Shown one piece after another: positions 11,301 to 19,989 of a stretch of DNA of 64,000 nt. The first letter of the stretch is position 1. The number at the start of each line of letters is the position of its first letter. The notes beneath the pieces were generated by a model that searched no databases, had not been told where the DNA came from, and was given only the letters and a program-made list of their open reading frames with translations. The stretch is from Candidatus Latescibacterota bacterium (GTDB lineage: Bacteria > Latescibacterota > UBA2968): positions 1,184,001-1,248,000 of the forward strand of contig OZ244960.1 of NCBI GenBank assembly GCA_965222605.1, read 5' to 3'. Position numbers and translations under genes: made by a program.

Positions 11301-12185
11301 TCACCTTATCCCCACTGCAATGCGATGCGAATCGCCCAACCCATGCGATGCAGGCACAAAAGCGTAATCCACCCGCCAGTTGCGCCTCGTAATACCCAGT
11401 CCAAACGACAACATGCGCGTATCGTGCCCAGTTTGAATTCCACCGCGCAAAAACAACCTGCCCATCACCCCGTATTCCAAACCGAAATTTGCACCTCTGT
11501 TACCCACCGCTGGCAGGCGTAAATCGGCTGTTGCTATCCACGCACGCCAGGACCAGGCTGCCCCCGTGCGAAACACCCGGGGCAAAGGGATACGCTCTCG
11601 GTCTAACTGCGCCATCCGTCCCAAATTTCGATACGACGCCCCCAGCATCAAATTCTCAGACAAGCGATACAACACCCCTCCATCTGCGCTCATTCCCCAC
11701 GTACTCTCTGGCCCGATATTTTCATGCAATGCCCGAACCGAAAACCCCACATAAATACGCTGCCCTATCTTCTGTGCATAAGACAACCCCGCATTGAGAT
11801 CGTAAACGCTAAACGTACCCGCAGGCATCGCGGTCGGTTCCCGCCGCGCTTCCAATCCCCCAGTCCCATAAACGCCCAAACTCAGCGCAAGCCCGCGTCT
11901 ATCATTACCATAAGCCCAGCCTCCATACCCCTGCTTGATCCCCTGAAACGATCGGTGGTGCGCCAGGACAAAATGTTTGCCCCGCATAGCCGCCACACCT
12001 GCCGGATTCCAAAACGCCGCAGTCTGCTCACCCACCACAGCGGTCTGCGCTTCACCCATCGCAGCAGCACGCGCGCCAACCCCCTCGCGCAGCAACACAA
12101 AACCGACCTTGCGCGCCGAAGTACTGGCCTCAGCAGAAAATAAGTAGCATGTTACAATCAAAATACCAAAAACAACGTGCTTCAC
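11301..12185 (-). CDS. PorV/PorQ family outer-membrane beta-barrel protein
   Basis: Signal peptide, GARAAAMGEA...FWNPAG, C-terminal VDYAFVP...LGDSHRIAV. Confidence 0.75.
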   Translation of the reverse strand: MKHVVFGILIVTCYLFSAEASTSARKVGFVLLREGVGARAAAMGEAQTAVVGEQTAAFWNPAGVAAMRGKHFVLAHHRSFQGIKQGYGGWAYGNDRRGLALSLGVYGTGGLEARREPTAMPAGTFSVYDLNAGLSYAQKIGQRIYVGFSVRALHENIGPESTWGMSADGGVLYRLSENLMLGASYRNLGRMAQLDRERIPLPRVFRTGAAWSWRAWIATADLRLPAVGNRGANFGLEYGVMGRLFLRGGIQTGHDTRMLSFGLGITRRNWRVDYAFVPASHGLGDSHRIAVGIR

Positions 12186-12504
12186 AAAAACCTCCTGCTT
12201 GTATATGCTCTAAAATCCAGCACAATTACAAGAGTAAGCAAACGAGCAAAATGTGTCAACTGCCCATTATCAAAATGGACCGTCCCAAGCGCGCAATTGA
12301 CAGGACCTTATTTCCTAATTACATTTGTTATGGCAATCTTTCTCGCACCACAAAAGGAGCTTATCAAAGTAAAAAAAGATGCGCCTACAGAAGACCACAG
12401 CGACAAGAGTGGAATGGCTTTACGCCTTGTGAAAGCTGAGTGTAGCAATGATCGCACTACCCACGGCTTGATTCTCAGATAGCTGGCAAAAAATAGAGGA
12501 CAAC

Positions 12505-12783
12505 GTGAAGCTAAACGAAAATCAGTATCTCGAAACCTTTTTGGCACCAGTAAGGCAAAGCAAAAGCTACCGACCCAAATTTGGTCATAAAAACAAAAAT
12601 CAAGGATTTTCCCTGAGTGAATTCAAAACACTTTACGGTTCCGATCCCTTCTATTCATGGGTCGGTTTTGATACAGACCTGATGGACGCAGCTCACCGGG
12701 CAGCAGGTGGTATGACTTCCGTGTACCGTCAAATTGGCATTGGCTGTGAACGACTATTCCGCACGCTACGGAGTGCTGAATAA
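12505..12783 (+). pseudogene. truncated type II restriction endonuclease (N-terminal 92 aa only)
   Basis: YRPKFG...LYGSDPFYSW...AAHRAAGGMTSVYRQIGIGCERLFR resembles the N-terminus of REases that pair with N4C MTases (recalled, not searched); stop overlaps MTase start. Confidence 0.55.
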
Positions 12784-14072
12784 TGGACATGAAATTTGGG
12801 CAACGGTCAGACTACACCTTTAAATACAATAAACAACTTGGCAGACATGGATGGCTGCGTTTGACACCCGCCTATTCGGTCAAACTGGTAAAGGAGATCA
12901 TTGATAACGTTCCAAAAGACTCCTTCATTCTCGATCCGTTTTCTGGTACAGCGACAAGCGGTTTGGTTGCTGCTGAACATGGATTATCTGCACATTGTCT
13001 CGATATAAACCCATTTCTTATTTGGCTTGGAAACGCCAAATGCCGGAACTATTCAAAAGCTGAACTGGAAAGATTAAAAACCAAAAATGATAAAGTCCTT
13101 GTGAATTGTAGGGATATTGCGAACAAAGATAATTGGATACCAGAAATACACAATATTACGCGGTGGTGGTGCCAACATACTTTGAAAGTACTTGCAGCAC
13201 TCCGCAAAGCTCTTGTGAATCAGTTTGGAGAACCCAGAGCAGACTGTGTTGCGAACCTTGCCTGGATAGCGTTTTGTCGCCTGGTCATTGAAACGTCTTC
13301 GGCGGCATTCAACCATGTATCCATGTCTTTCCACAACAAAGTGACAACTTATGACATTGAACAGATTGAGGTCTTATACAAAAAAATATTAAACGCAATA
13401 GTCGAAAGTGCCTGCAAAGACCTTGCTGGCTCAGCATCGGTGCATTTTGAGGATTCAAGAGAACCCGTTTCAATCGATGGCGTGAAGTATTCTTATGTCA
13501 TCACTTCTCCGCCCTATCCAAACCGCATCAGTTATATTCGTGAACTTCGTCCTTACATGTACTGGACAAAATTTCTCGATTCGGCTCGAGAAGCAGGTGA
13601 GTTGGATTGGAAAGCGATTGGTGGAACATGGGGGGTTGCAACCAGCAGGCTTCAAGCTTGGGAATCGAATGGACTTGAACTTCCAGAATCATTGAAACCC
13701 GTTGTGTTTCAAATTTTGAAAACAGAGGAAAAGAATGCCTTACTGATGGCAAACTATGTCTGGAAATATTTCCATGACATGCACCTTCACCTTCAAAATT
13801 TGCGAAAAAGTCTAAAAAAAGGCGCAGTGCTTTCATACATTGTTGGCAATTCCAGTTTCTATGGAGTGCCTGTTCACACAGAAAAGCTACTTGAAGACTC
13901 ACTGAAAAATCTTGGATTTACCAATATAGGAAGTAGAATAGTCAGAAAACGCAACAGCAAAAAAGAGCTTTTTGAATACTGCGTTTATGCCACCTATAAG
14001 GAAAGCAGAAATTACGAACCACAATATTTTTCTGACACCAGGCATTTAGGTCAGCAACTCGCACTTTTTTAG
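12783..14072 (+). CDS. site-specific DNA methyltransferase, N4-cytosine type (motif I before motif IV)
   Basis: LDPFSGTAT (SAM binding) then VITSPPY (catalytic); visibly AT-richer than flanks. Confidence 0.85.
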   Translation: MDMKFGQRSDYTFKYNKQLGRHGWLRLTPAYSVKLVKEIIDNVPKDSFILDPFSGTATSGLVAAEHGLSAHCLDINPFLIWLGNAKCRNYSKAELERLKTKNDKVLVNCRDIANKDNWIPEIHNITRWWCQHTLKVLAALRKALVNQFGEPRADCVANLAWIAFCRLVIETSSAAFNHVSMSFHNKVTTYDIEQIEVLYKKILNAIVESACKDLAGSASVHFEDSREPVSIDGVKYSYVITSPPYPNRISYIRELRPYMYWTKFLDSAREAGELDWKAIGGTWGVATSRLQAWESNGLELPESLKPVVFQILKTEEKNALLMANYVWKYFHDMHLHLQNLRKSLKKGAVLSYIVGNSSFYGVPVHTEKLLEDSLKNLGFTNIGSRIVRKRNSKKELFEYCVYATYKESRNYEPQYFSDTRHLGQQLALF

Positions 14073-14090
14073 TGATGTACAGGAGTCATC

Positions 14091-14525
14091 ATGGCACAAG
14101 CAGAAATAGGCGACCGCGTGTTGGTTTATTACAAGGGAGTCCTAAAAGACGGAACCGTAGCCGAAGGCACACCTGAGAATGAACCGTTTGAATTTACAGT
14201 GGGAGACGAATCTGTAAAAGACATATTCACGCGTCTTGTACACGGCCTGGAAGAAGGTGATTCTCGCACGGTCATCCTATCCCCAGAAGATGCGTTTGGC
14301 CCCTATAATCCCGACTTTGTAATCGAAGTTGCGCGATCGCAATTTCCTCCTGATGCACTCCTTGAAAAGGGAATGCGTATGGAAGTACAGTCCGACCCCA
14401 ATGGTACACCCATCGAAGTATCTGTAAAAGAAATAACATCCCAAACCGTGACATTAGACGGCAACCATCCCTTTGCCGGTAAAGAAATCACCATGACGAT
14501 TCAGTTATTAGAGATAGTAGTATAG
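14091..14525 (+). CDS. FKBP-type peptidyl-prolyl isomerase (SlyD/SlpA-like, no His-rich tail)
   Basis: PFEFTVG, LSPEDAFG, TLDGNHPFAGK. Confidence 0.9.
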   Translation: MAQAEIGDRVLVYYKGVLKDGTVAEGTPENEPFEFTVGDESVKDIFTRLVHGLEEGDSRTVILSPEDAFGPYNPDFVIEVARSQFPPDALLEKGMRMEVQSDPNGTPIEVSVKEITSQTVTLDGNHPFAGKEITMTIQLLEIVV

Positions 14526-14603
14526 TTATACGAGCGCGTTGCAAAAATTTAAAAAACTCATCCATGATACTTTATTTTAGCACCTCATTTACACAAGCTG
14601 ACC

Positions 14604-14840
14604 ATGCAATCTGAAATATTTGAAAGGAGACAGCCCGTGCAAACTCCAATAAAAAAAGAGAATAAATTATCGTCGGAACAGATAGGAAAAAATCCAACTG
14701 CTCAACGCATTATCAAGGCAATGGAAAAACCGCCTTATGTTTCCTGTGAAGACATCGAATCACTTCTACAGGTAATTAAAGAAGCAAAGAAACCGACACA
14801 ATTTGAGTCTCCCTTCGAACTATCTTCAAAAATCAGGTAA
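14604..14840 (+). CDS. small hypothetical protein
   Basis: 78-aa ORF co-oriented with neighbours; AAAGGAG precedes an internal GTG; no motif recognised. Confidence 0.4.
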   Translation: MQSEIFERRQPVQTPIKKENKLSSEQIGKNPTAQRIIKAMEKPPYVSCEDIESLLQVIKEAKKPTQFESPFELSSKIR

Positions 14841-14844
14841 AAAC

Positions 14845-15360
14845 ATGTGGCGTCAATTGGGAATCATCGCGATTTATCTCGCGCTATTTGCGTGTGGACC
14901 CGATGTTCAATTGGTAAAAGATGGACACGAAGAATATTATGTATATTGGGATGACGGTCACAAACGGTATTTCAGACATGGGGTGTATCGGTCATTTTAC
15001 GAAAGTGGTCGCCAGCGCTCGGTTGGCAAATACGAACACGACATAAAAGTGGGCGTTTGGACACACTGGTATGAAAACGGGCAAAAACAAGGGGAAATGG
15101 ATTGGGTCAACGGCAAGCCCAAAGGCATAGTAACAGAATGGTACAAAAATGGACAGCAAAAGAACACAGGAACGTGGGAAAATGGTGGGCGGCACGGTCT
15201 TTCGACCTGGTGGTATGCAAACGGACAAAAGGAAAAAGAAGTGACCTACATAGAAGGAGAACCCGACGGGATCTGGACATATTGGGATTCGACGGGTGTG
15301 ATAACAAAAAAGCAGTACTGGGATCGCGGTGCATTTTTGCGGGTTGAAGAATCGCATTAA
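14845..15360 (+). CDS. MORN-variant repeat lipoprotein (YwqK-like)
   Basis: Lipobox LFAC; repeated G.WT.WY.NGQK units. Confidence 0.8.
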   Translation: MWRQLGIIAIYLALFACGPDVQLVKDGHEEYYVYWDDGHKRYFRHGVYRSFYESGRQRSVGKYEHDIKVGVWTHWYENGQKQGEMDWVNGKPKGIVTEWYKNGQQKNTGTWENGGRHGLSTWWYANGQKEKEVTYIEGEPDGIWTYWDSTGVITKKQYWDRGAFLRVEESH

Positions 15361-15381
15361 CCCGCGCTGAAAGGATCAGAA

Positions 15382-18147
15382 ATGGCAGACAAAACCCTGT
15401 ATTTATTAGACGGCATGGCGCTGGTCTATCGCGGGCATTTTGCAATGATACGCAATCCGCGTATGACATCGAAAGGGCTGAACACCTCGACGTTATTCGT
15501 TTTTGCCAATACAATATTAGATATTTTGGGCAACACAAAGCCCTCGCATTTGGCCGTGGTCTTCGACACGCCAGAACCGACGTTTCGGGATGAGATATAC
15601 GAAGAATACAAGGCACAACGAGAAAAAATGCCCGAAGACATAAGTAGCGCGCTACCCTACATCGATCAAATGTGTGAAGCGTTCAATGTACCTGTCATCC
15701 GCAAACCCGGCTATGAAGCCGACGACGCAATCGGCACACTCGCAAAAGCAGCTGAAAAGGACGGCTTCACAACGTACATGGTAACCCCCGATAAAGACTA
15801 CGCGCAACTCGTCTCAAACAAAACATTCATCAGCAAACCCGGACGCACGGGCGATGGCGCTGAGATCCTGGGCGTGCCAGAGGTACTAAAACAATGGGAA
15901 ATTGAACGCGTGGATCAAGTAATCGACATGCTGGGGCTAATGGGCGATACCAGTGACAATGTGCCGGGCGTGCCGGGCGTTGGACCAAAAACAGCTCAAA
16001 AATTGATCGCGCAATACGGCAGTGTGGAAGGCTTACTCGATCACGTCGATGAATTGAAAGGCAAACAAAAAGAAAATGTGGAGACATATCGAGAACAGGC
16101 ATTGTTATCAAAGAAACTGGTCACCATCCATCTCAATGTGCCGATGGATCTTGGATTGGATGATCTCGCGGTAAAAAAACGGGACGAACAAAAATTGAAA
16201 ACCCTGTTCGCAGAATTGGAGTTCAACACCCTGGGCAAACGGTTATTTGGAAATGATTTTAATGTAGATCAGCAACAGACCTCGCTCTTCGACGATGAAA
16301 CAGCACTGCCGGGCGTGTCAAAACACAAAACCATTGCAAATGTCGAACACGAATATCACCTGATAGATACACGGGAAAAGCGCGCAGCATTGATCGCAAA
16401 ATTGGCGCAGCAAAAGACGTTTTGTTTTGATACAGAAACAACGGGGCTAAATCCGAAAACCTGTGAATTGCTCGGTCTCGCATTTTCATTTCAACCGCAC
16501 ACCGGATATTACGTACCAATGCCAGAAGACCCGGATGAAAATAAGGCGGTATTGGAAGAATTTCGCGGAATTTTGGAAAATTCGGACACTGAGAAAATCG
16601 GACACAATCTCAAATTTGACCTCGCCGTATTATTGTGGCAAGACATCAGGGTTCAAGGACCGTTTTTTGATACCATGCTCGCCGCTTATGTGACCGCACC
16701 CGAAATGCGTCGCGGTATGGATTCCCTATCGCTGGCATTATTGGGTTATGAACCCATTAAAATTGAGTCTTTAATCGGCGAAAAAGAAAAGGGCAAAGAA
16801 CAAAAAACCCTGCGCGAAGTCTCCCTGGACAAAGTAGCAGAATACGCAGCCGAAGATGCGGACATCACCTTGCAACTATCCGAAGCTCTGCGTCCCAAAA
16901 TCAAAGAAATGGGACAGACGCGCGTGTTTGAAGACATAGAATGCCCACTAATATCTGTGCTGGTGCAAATGGAATACGAAGGCATTCGCATGGACGCATC
17001 TGTTATCGAGGTACTTTCTGAAGATCTGAAAGATGAATTGGTTGTCATTCGAGAGCGCATTTACGATCTGGCTGGTGAAACATTTAACTTAAACTCACCC
17101 AAACAATTGGGCGAAATCCTATTTGACAAATTAAAACTGGACCCCAATGCGCGGCGGACAGCCAGGACAAAGCAGTATCAAACAGGGGAATCTATTTTGC
17201 AGCGATTGGCGCACAAACACGAAATTGTGGAACAGATTTTGATGTATCGAACATATTCGAAACTGAAATCGACATATCTGGATATGTTGCCGGGAACCGT
17301 ATTTAAAAATACCGGACGCGTCCACACCCATTACGAGCAGGCAGTCACGGCCACCGGGCGGTTGCAATCGCACGGGCCAAATTTGCAAAATATTCCCATT
17401 CGCACAGAAAAGGGGCGCGAAATTCGCAAAGCCTTTGTGCCCCGCAATGAAAATTACACGCTCTTGTCAGCAGACTATTCGCAGATAGAATTGCGCGTAG
17501 CGGCCGAACTGAGTCGCGATGAAGAGATGCACAGGGCATTTCGGGAAGGTCTGGATATTCACGCGGCAACCGCAATGAAAATTTACGGATTGGATGAACG
17601 CAATGTAACCGACGATATGCGACGGCAGGCAAAAACCGTGAATTTTGGCATTATTTATGGAATTTCGGCCTTTGGCCTGGCGCAACGCCTGAACATTCCG
17701 CGATTTGAAGCCGGCAAATTAATTGAGCAATATTTTGAGCAATTCCCCGGCGCAAAAAAGTACATGGATGACACCATTGATTTTGCGCGAGAACACGGGT
17801 ATGTGGAAACCATGACGGGACGCAGGCGATATTTGCGGGATATCCACTCGCGCAATGCCACTACGCGCAAGGGTGCCGAGCGCAACGCAATTAACTCGCG
17901 CATTCAAGGCTCAGCGGCCGACATGATAAAAATTGCGATGCGCCGCGTTCAGGATGCCCTGTTTGAACAGGACTTAAAAACGCGCATGTTGCTGCAAGTA
18001 CACGACGAACTCGTCTTTGACATGCACAAAGATGAAGCCGATATAGTGATGCCTCTAATCGAAGACGCAATGAAAAATGCCCTGCCAATGTCCGTACCAA
18101 TTGTGGTGGAAATGGGCATGGGAAATACCTGGCTGGAAGCGCATTGA
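15382..18147 (+). CDS. polA: DNA polymerase I
   Basis: 5'-3' exonuclease (GYEADD), 3'-5' exonuclease (FDTETT), polymerase motifs ADYSQIELR, AKTVNFGIIYG, LQVHDEL. Confidence 0.98.
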   Translation: MADKTLYLLDGMALVYRGHFAMIRNPRMTSKGLNTSTLFVFANTILDILGNTKPSHLAVVFDTPEPTFRDEIYEEYKAQREKMPEDISSALPYIDQMCEAFNVPVIRKPGYEADDAIGTLAKAAEKDGFTTYMVTPDKDYAQLVSNKTFISKPGRTGDGAEILGVPEVLKQWEIERVDQVIDMLGLMGDTSDNVPGVPGVGPKTAQKLIAQYGSVEGLLDHVDELKGKQKENVETYREQALLSKKLVTIHLNVPMDLGLDDLAVKKRDEQKLKTLFAELEFNTLGKRLFGNDFNVDQQQTSLFDDETALPGVSKHKTIANVEHEYHLIDTREKRAALIAKLAQQKTFCFDTETTGLNPKTCELLGLAFSFQPHTGYYVPMPEDPDENKAVLEEFRGILENSDTEKIGHNLKFDLAVLLWQDIRVQGPFFDTMLAAYVTAPEMRRGMDSLSLALLGYEPIKIESLIGEKEKGKEQKTLREVSLDKVAEYAAEDADITLQLSEALRPKIKEMGQTRVFEDIECPLISVLVQMEYEGIRMDASVIEVLSEDLKDELVVIRERIYDLAGETFNLNSPKQLGEILFDKLKLDPNARRTARTKQYQTGESILQRLAHKHEIVEQILMYRTYSKLKSTYLDMLPGTVFKNTGRVHTHYEQAVTATGRLQSHGPNLQNIPIRTEKGREIRKAFVPRNENYTLLSADYSQIELRVAAELSRDEEMHRAFREGLDIHAATAMKIYGLDERNVTDDMRRQAKTVNFGIIYGISAFGLAQRLNIPRFEAGKLIEQYFEQFPGAKKYMDDTIDFAREHGYVETMTGRRRYLRDIHSRNATTRKGAERNAINSRIQGSAADMIKIAMRRVQDALFEQDLKTRMLLQVHDELVFDMHKDEADIVMPLIEDAMKNALPMSVPIVVEMGMGNTWLEAH

Positions 18148-18161
18148 AAAATGGAAGACAC

Positions 18162-18725
18162 ATGTTCAACTGGCTCAAAAAACTATTCGCCCCTCCTATC
18201 GGACACCTGCCCCAACTCGAAATGTTTCGCGATCACCTCAATGACCTGCCCGAAATTCAGCAAATTACCGGTTATGCCACACGCACCTATCGTTCGGGTG
18301 ACGAAGCCGCCTGGTGTCGCATCATGGAAGGAAATGTGGGCAGCGACTGGACAACGGAGAAATGCCGGGCGCAATTGATCCGCGATCCCCGCTTCCAGGC
18401 CGAAAACCTCTTTTTTATCACCCACAACGACGACGCCATAGCCAGTGCGTGCGCCTGGAAAACACCCGACCAATCTCCGGAAACAGGCGAAGTTCACATG
18501 GTCGCCGCGCATGCAGACCACCGCGGCAAAGGACTCGGGCACCTGCTCAACGCCCTCGTCCTCCATCGCTTAAAAAATCTGGGCTATCAGAAAGCACATC
18601 TCAAAACCGATGAATGGCGCCTACCGGCCATCAAAACCTACCTCGACGCGGGCTTCCAGCCTCTCAACACCCACGAAAGCCATCCCGAACGCTGGGAAGC
18701 CATCTACGCCAAGCTAAAAATTTAA
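18162..18725 (+). CDS. GNAT family N-acetyltransferase
   Basis: HMVAAHADHRGKGLG acetyl-CoA motif, AIKTYLDAGF. Confidence 0.85.
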   Translation: MFNWLKKLFAPPIGHLPQLEMFRDHLNDLPEIQQITGYATRTYRSGDEAAWCRIMEGNVGSDWTTEKCRAQLIRDPRFQAENLFFITHNDDAIASACAWKTPDQSPETGEVHMVAAHADHRGKGLGHLLNALVLHRLKNLGYQKAHLKTDEWRLPAIKTYLDAGFQPLNTHESHPERWEAIYAKLKI

Positions 18726-18736
18726 AAATAACCCCC

Positions 18737-19483
18737 TCATCCCATCAATGATTTATACTCCATCCCCATCACCCCCTTGACGTACTCCAGCGTGCGTTGT
18801 CCTTCAATACGCGCCCTCGAACCGCCCAGATTCAAAATATCGCGCACCAAATCGGACTGTTCTTCAAAACCCTTGCGGCGTACCCGAAACGGCGTCATAA
18901 TCTTGCTCTGACCATCTGTGCCCTTTAAGCGCGTGCCATAAACGCCATCGGGAATGGGAAACACCTCGCCATAAATCCGATTAAATCGCGCAGCCACTTC
19001 CTGTGCCAATTCAATATGGGGTCTTTGATCTGGCCCCACCGGCACATAGCGCGGACGGAAAAGCAAAATATCCGCCGCCTGAGACACCGGATACCCCACA
19101 AAACCGTAAGGCACCCGATTCCCCAACCCCATCTTACCCATTTCCTCCTTAACTGTTGGATTTCGCAACAAACGCGGCAACGTCACCAAATTGGAAAAAA
19201 TCATGGTTAACTCTGCCAGTTGTGGCACCTGTGATTGCAAAAAACAAACGCTTTTTTCGGGATCAAAACCCGCCGCCAGATAATCCAGCACCATTTCCCT
19301 GACATGATGCTCCAAATCCTCTGTCCGATCCCGATGCGTCGTCAGCGCCTGATAATCGGCAATCATAAAAAAACACTGAAACTCATCCTGCATCTCAAAT
19401 CTATTCTTCAACGACCCAACATAATGCCCCAAATGCATTCTGCCTGTTGGGCGATCACCTGTTAAAACAATTGTGCGATTCAT
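18737..19483 (-). pseudogene. trpS: tryptophanyl-tRNA synthetase with a large in-frame internal deletion (KMSKS loop and anticodon-binding domain missing)
   Basis: LTGDRPTGRMHLGH (HIGH), YPVSQAADILL, VPVGPDQ present; GTDGQSK joins directly to the C-terminal IMTPFRVRR helix; only 248 aa. Confidence 0.8.
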
Positions 19484-19667
19484 CTCTGTTCCTTTCTTGA
19501 GCTATTAAAATCCATGTCTTCAAAAAAAAAGCGCGCCACCTTCCGGCAGCGCGCGTTGCAAACAAAGATCGCCAGATATCCGGTGGTGGACATACATCTC
19601 CCATCGCGCCTGTCCACCACCAGCGTCCGCCAATATTAAATAGCTCTGTCATCGCATTCAAAAACAT
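19455..19667 (-). promoter_or_regulatory. Trp-rich leader ORF 2 (WWW plus three more Trp) running through terminator 2 and overlapping the trpS start
   Basis: ATG 19667 or 19652; TGGTGGTGG at 19614-19622 lies in a perfect 11-bp stem (19582-19592/19611-19621). Confidence 0.65.
19522..19554 (-). terminator. attenuator terminator 2 upstream of trpS
   Basis: GCGCGCUGCC-GGAA-GGUGGCGCGC followed by U9. Confidence 0.85.
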
Positions 19668-19681
19668 CGCATACTTCCCAC

Positions 19682-19714
19682 AAAAAAAACCGCCGTCAAA
19701 AAGCCGACGGCGGT
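19682..19714 (-). terminator. attenuator terminator 1
   Basis: ACCGCCGUC-loop-GACGGCGGU followed by a U run. Confidence 0.85.
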
Positions 19715-19741
19715 CAAATTTTTCAAAACACAAAAAAACCG

Positions 19742-19849
19742 TCAGCAAACCCACACAGCGGACCACCAACCACGGACGGTCTCAGACACACGGGGAGCCA
19801 GCACCCTATAGGGCATCGCATCAGTCAAAATGTGATCGTGCATAGTCAT
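19742..19849 (-). CDS. Trp attenuator leader peptide 1 (35 aa, MTMHDHILTDAMPYRVLAPRVSETVRGWWSAVWVC)
   Basis: GGGAG RBS, ATG 19849, WW and W near the end, TGA 19742-19744, terminator about 30 nt downstream. Confidence 0.75.
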   Translation of the reverse strand: MTMHDHILTDAMPYRVLAPRVSETVRGWWSAVWVC

Positions 19850-19857
19850 AAAAACTC

Positions 19858-19971
19858 CCGTGATGTATCGCCGATGAAAATAACGACTTCAACACCTCAA
19901 GTCAAGCCGTTTGATCTTCTTTTTTACCACGCGTTCCCCATAAGACAACTCGCACGTCCCCGTATCGTACG
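19858..19971. repeat. diverged direct repeat, copy B (displaced 3' end of the DCC1-like gene plus promoter)
   Basis: Aligns with 22742-22859; shared blocks gaaaataacgac, ccgtttgatctt, ccataagacaactcgca, gtccccgtatcg. Confidence 0.85.
19877..19905 (-). promoter_or_regulatory. sigma70-type promoter for the trp leader/trpS
   Basis: TTGACT-N17-TATTTT on the minus strand. Confidence 0.6.
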
Positions 19972-19989
19972 GAGCGGCTGCAGCAGGCA

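Noticed and set aside
12149-12482. Short ORFs upstream of the truncated endonuclease (possible controller protein)
   Set aside because: No helix-turn-helix pattern, RBS or C-box recognised
14990-15330. Periodic sequence that might suggest a CRISPR or DNA repeat array
   Set aside because: The periodicity is at protein level (MORN-like repeats); there are no identical DNA repeats with spacers and no cas genes
19740-19800. T-box riboswitch upstream of trpS (GGUGGUCCGC resembles the T-box core)
   Set aside because: It lacks the full GGUGGNACCGCG and no stem I/specifier loop is visible; the UGG triplets are in frame in a leader ORF with an RBS
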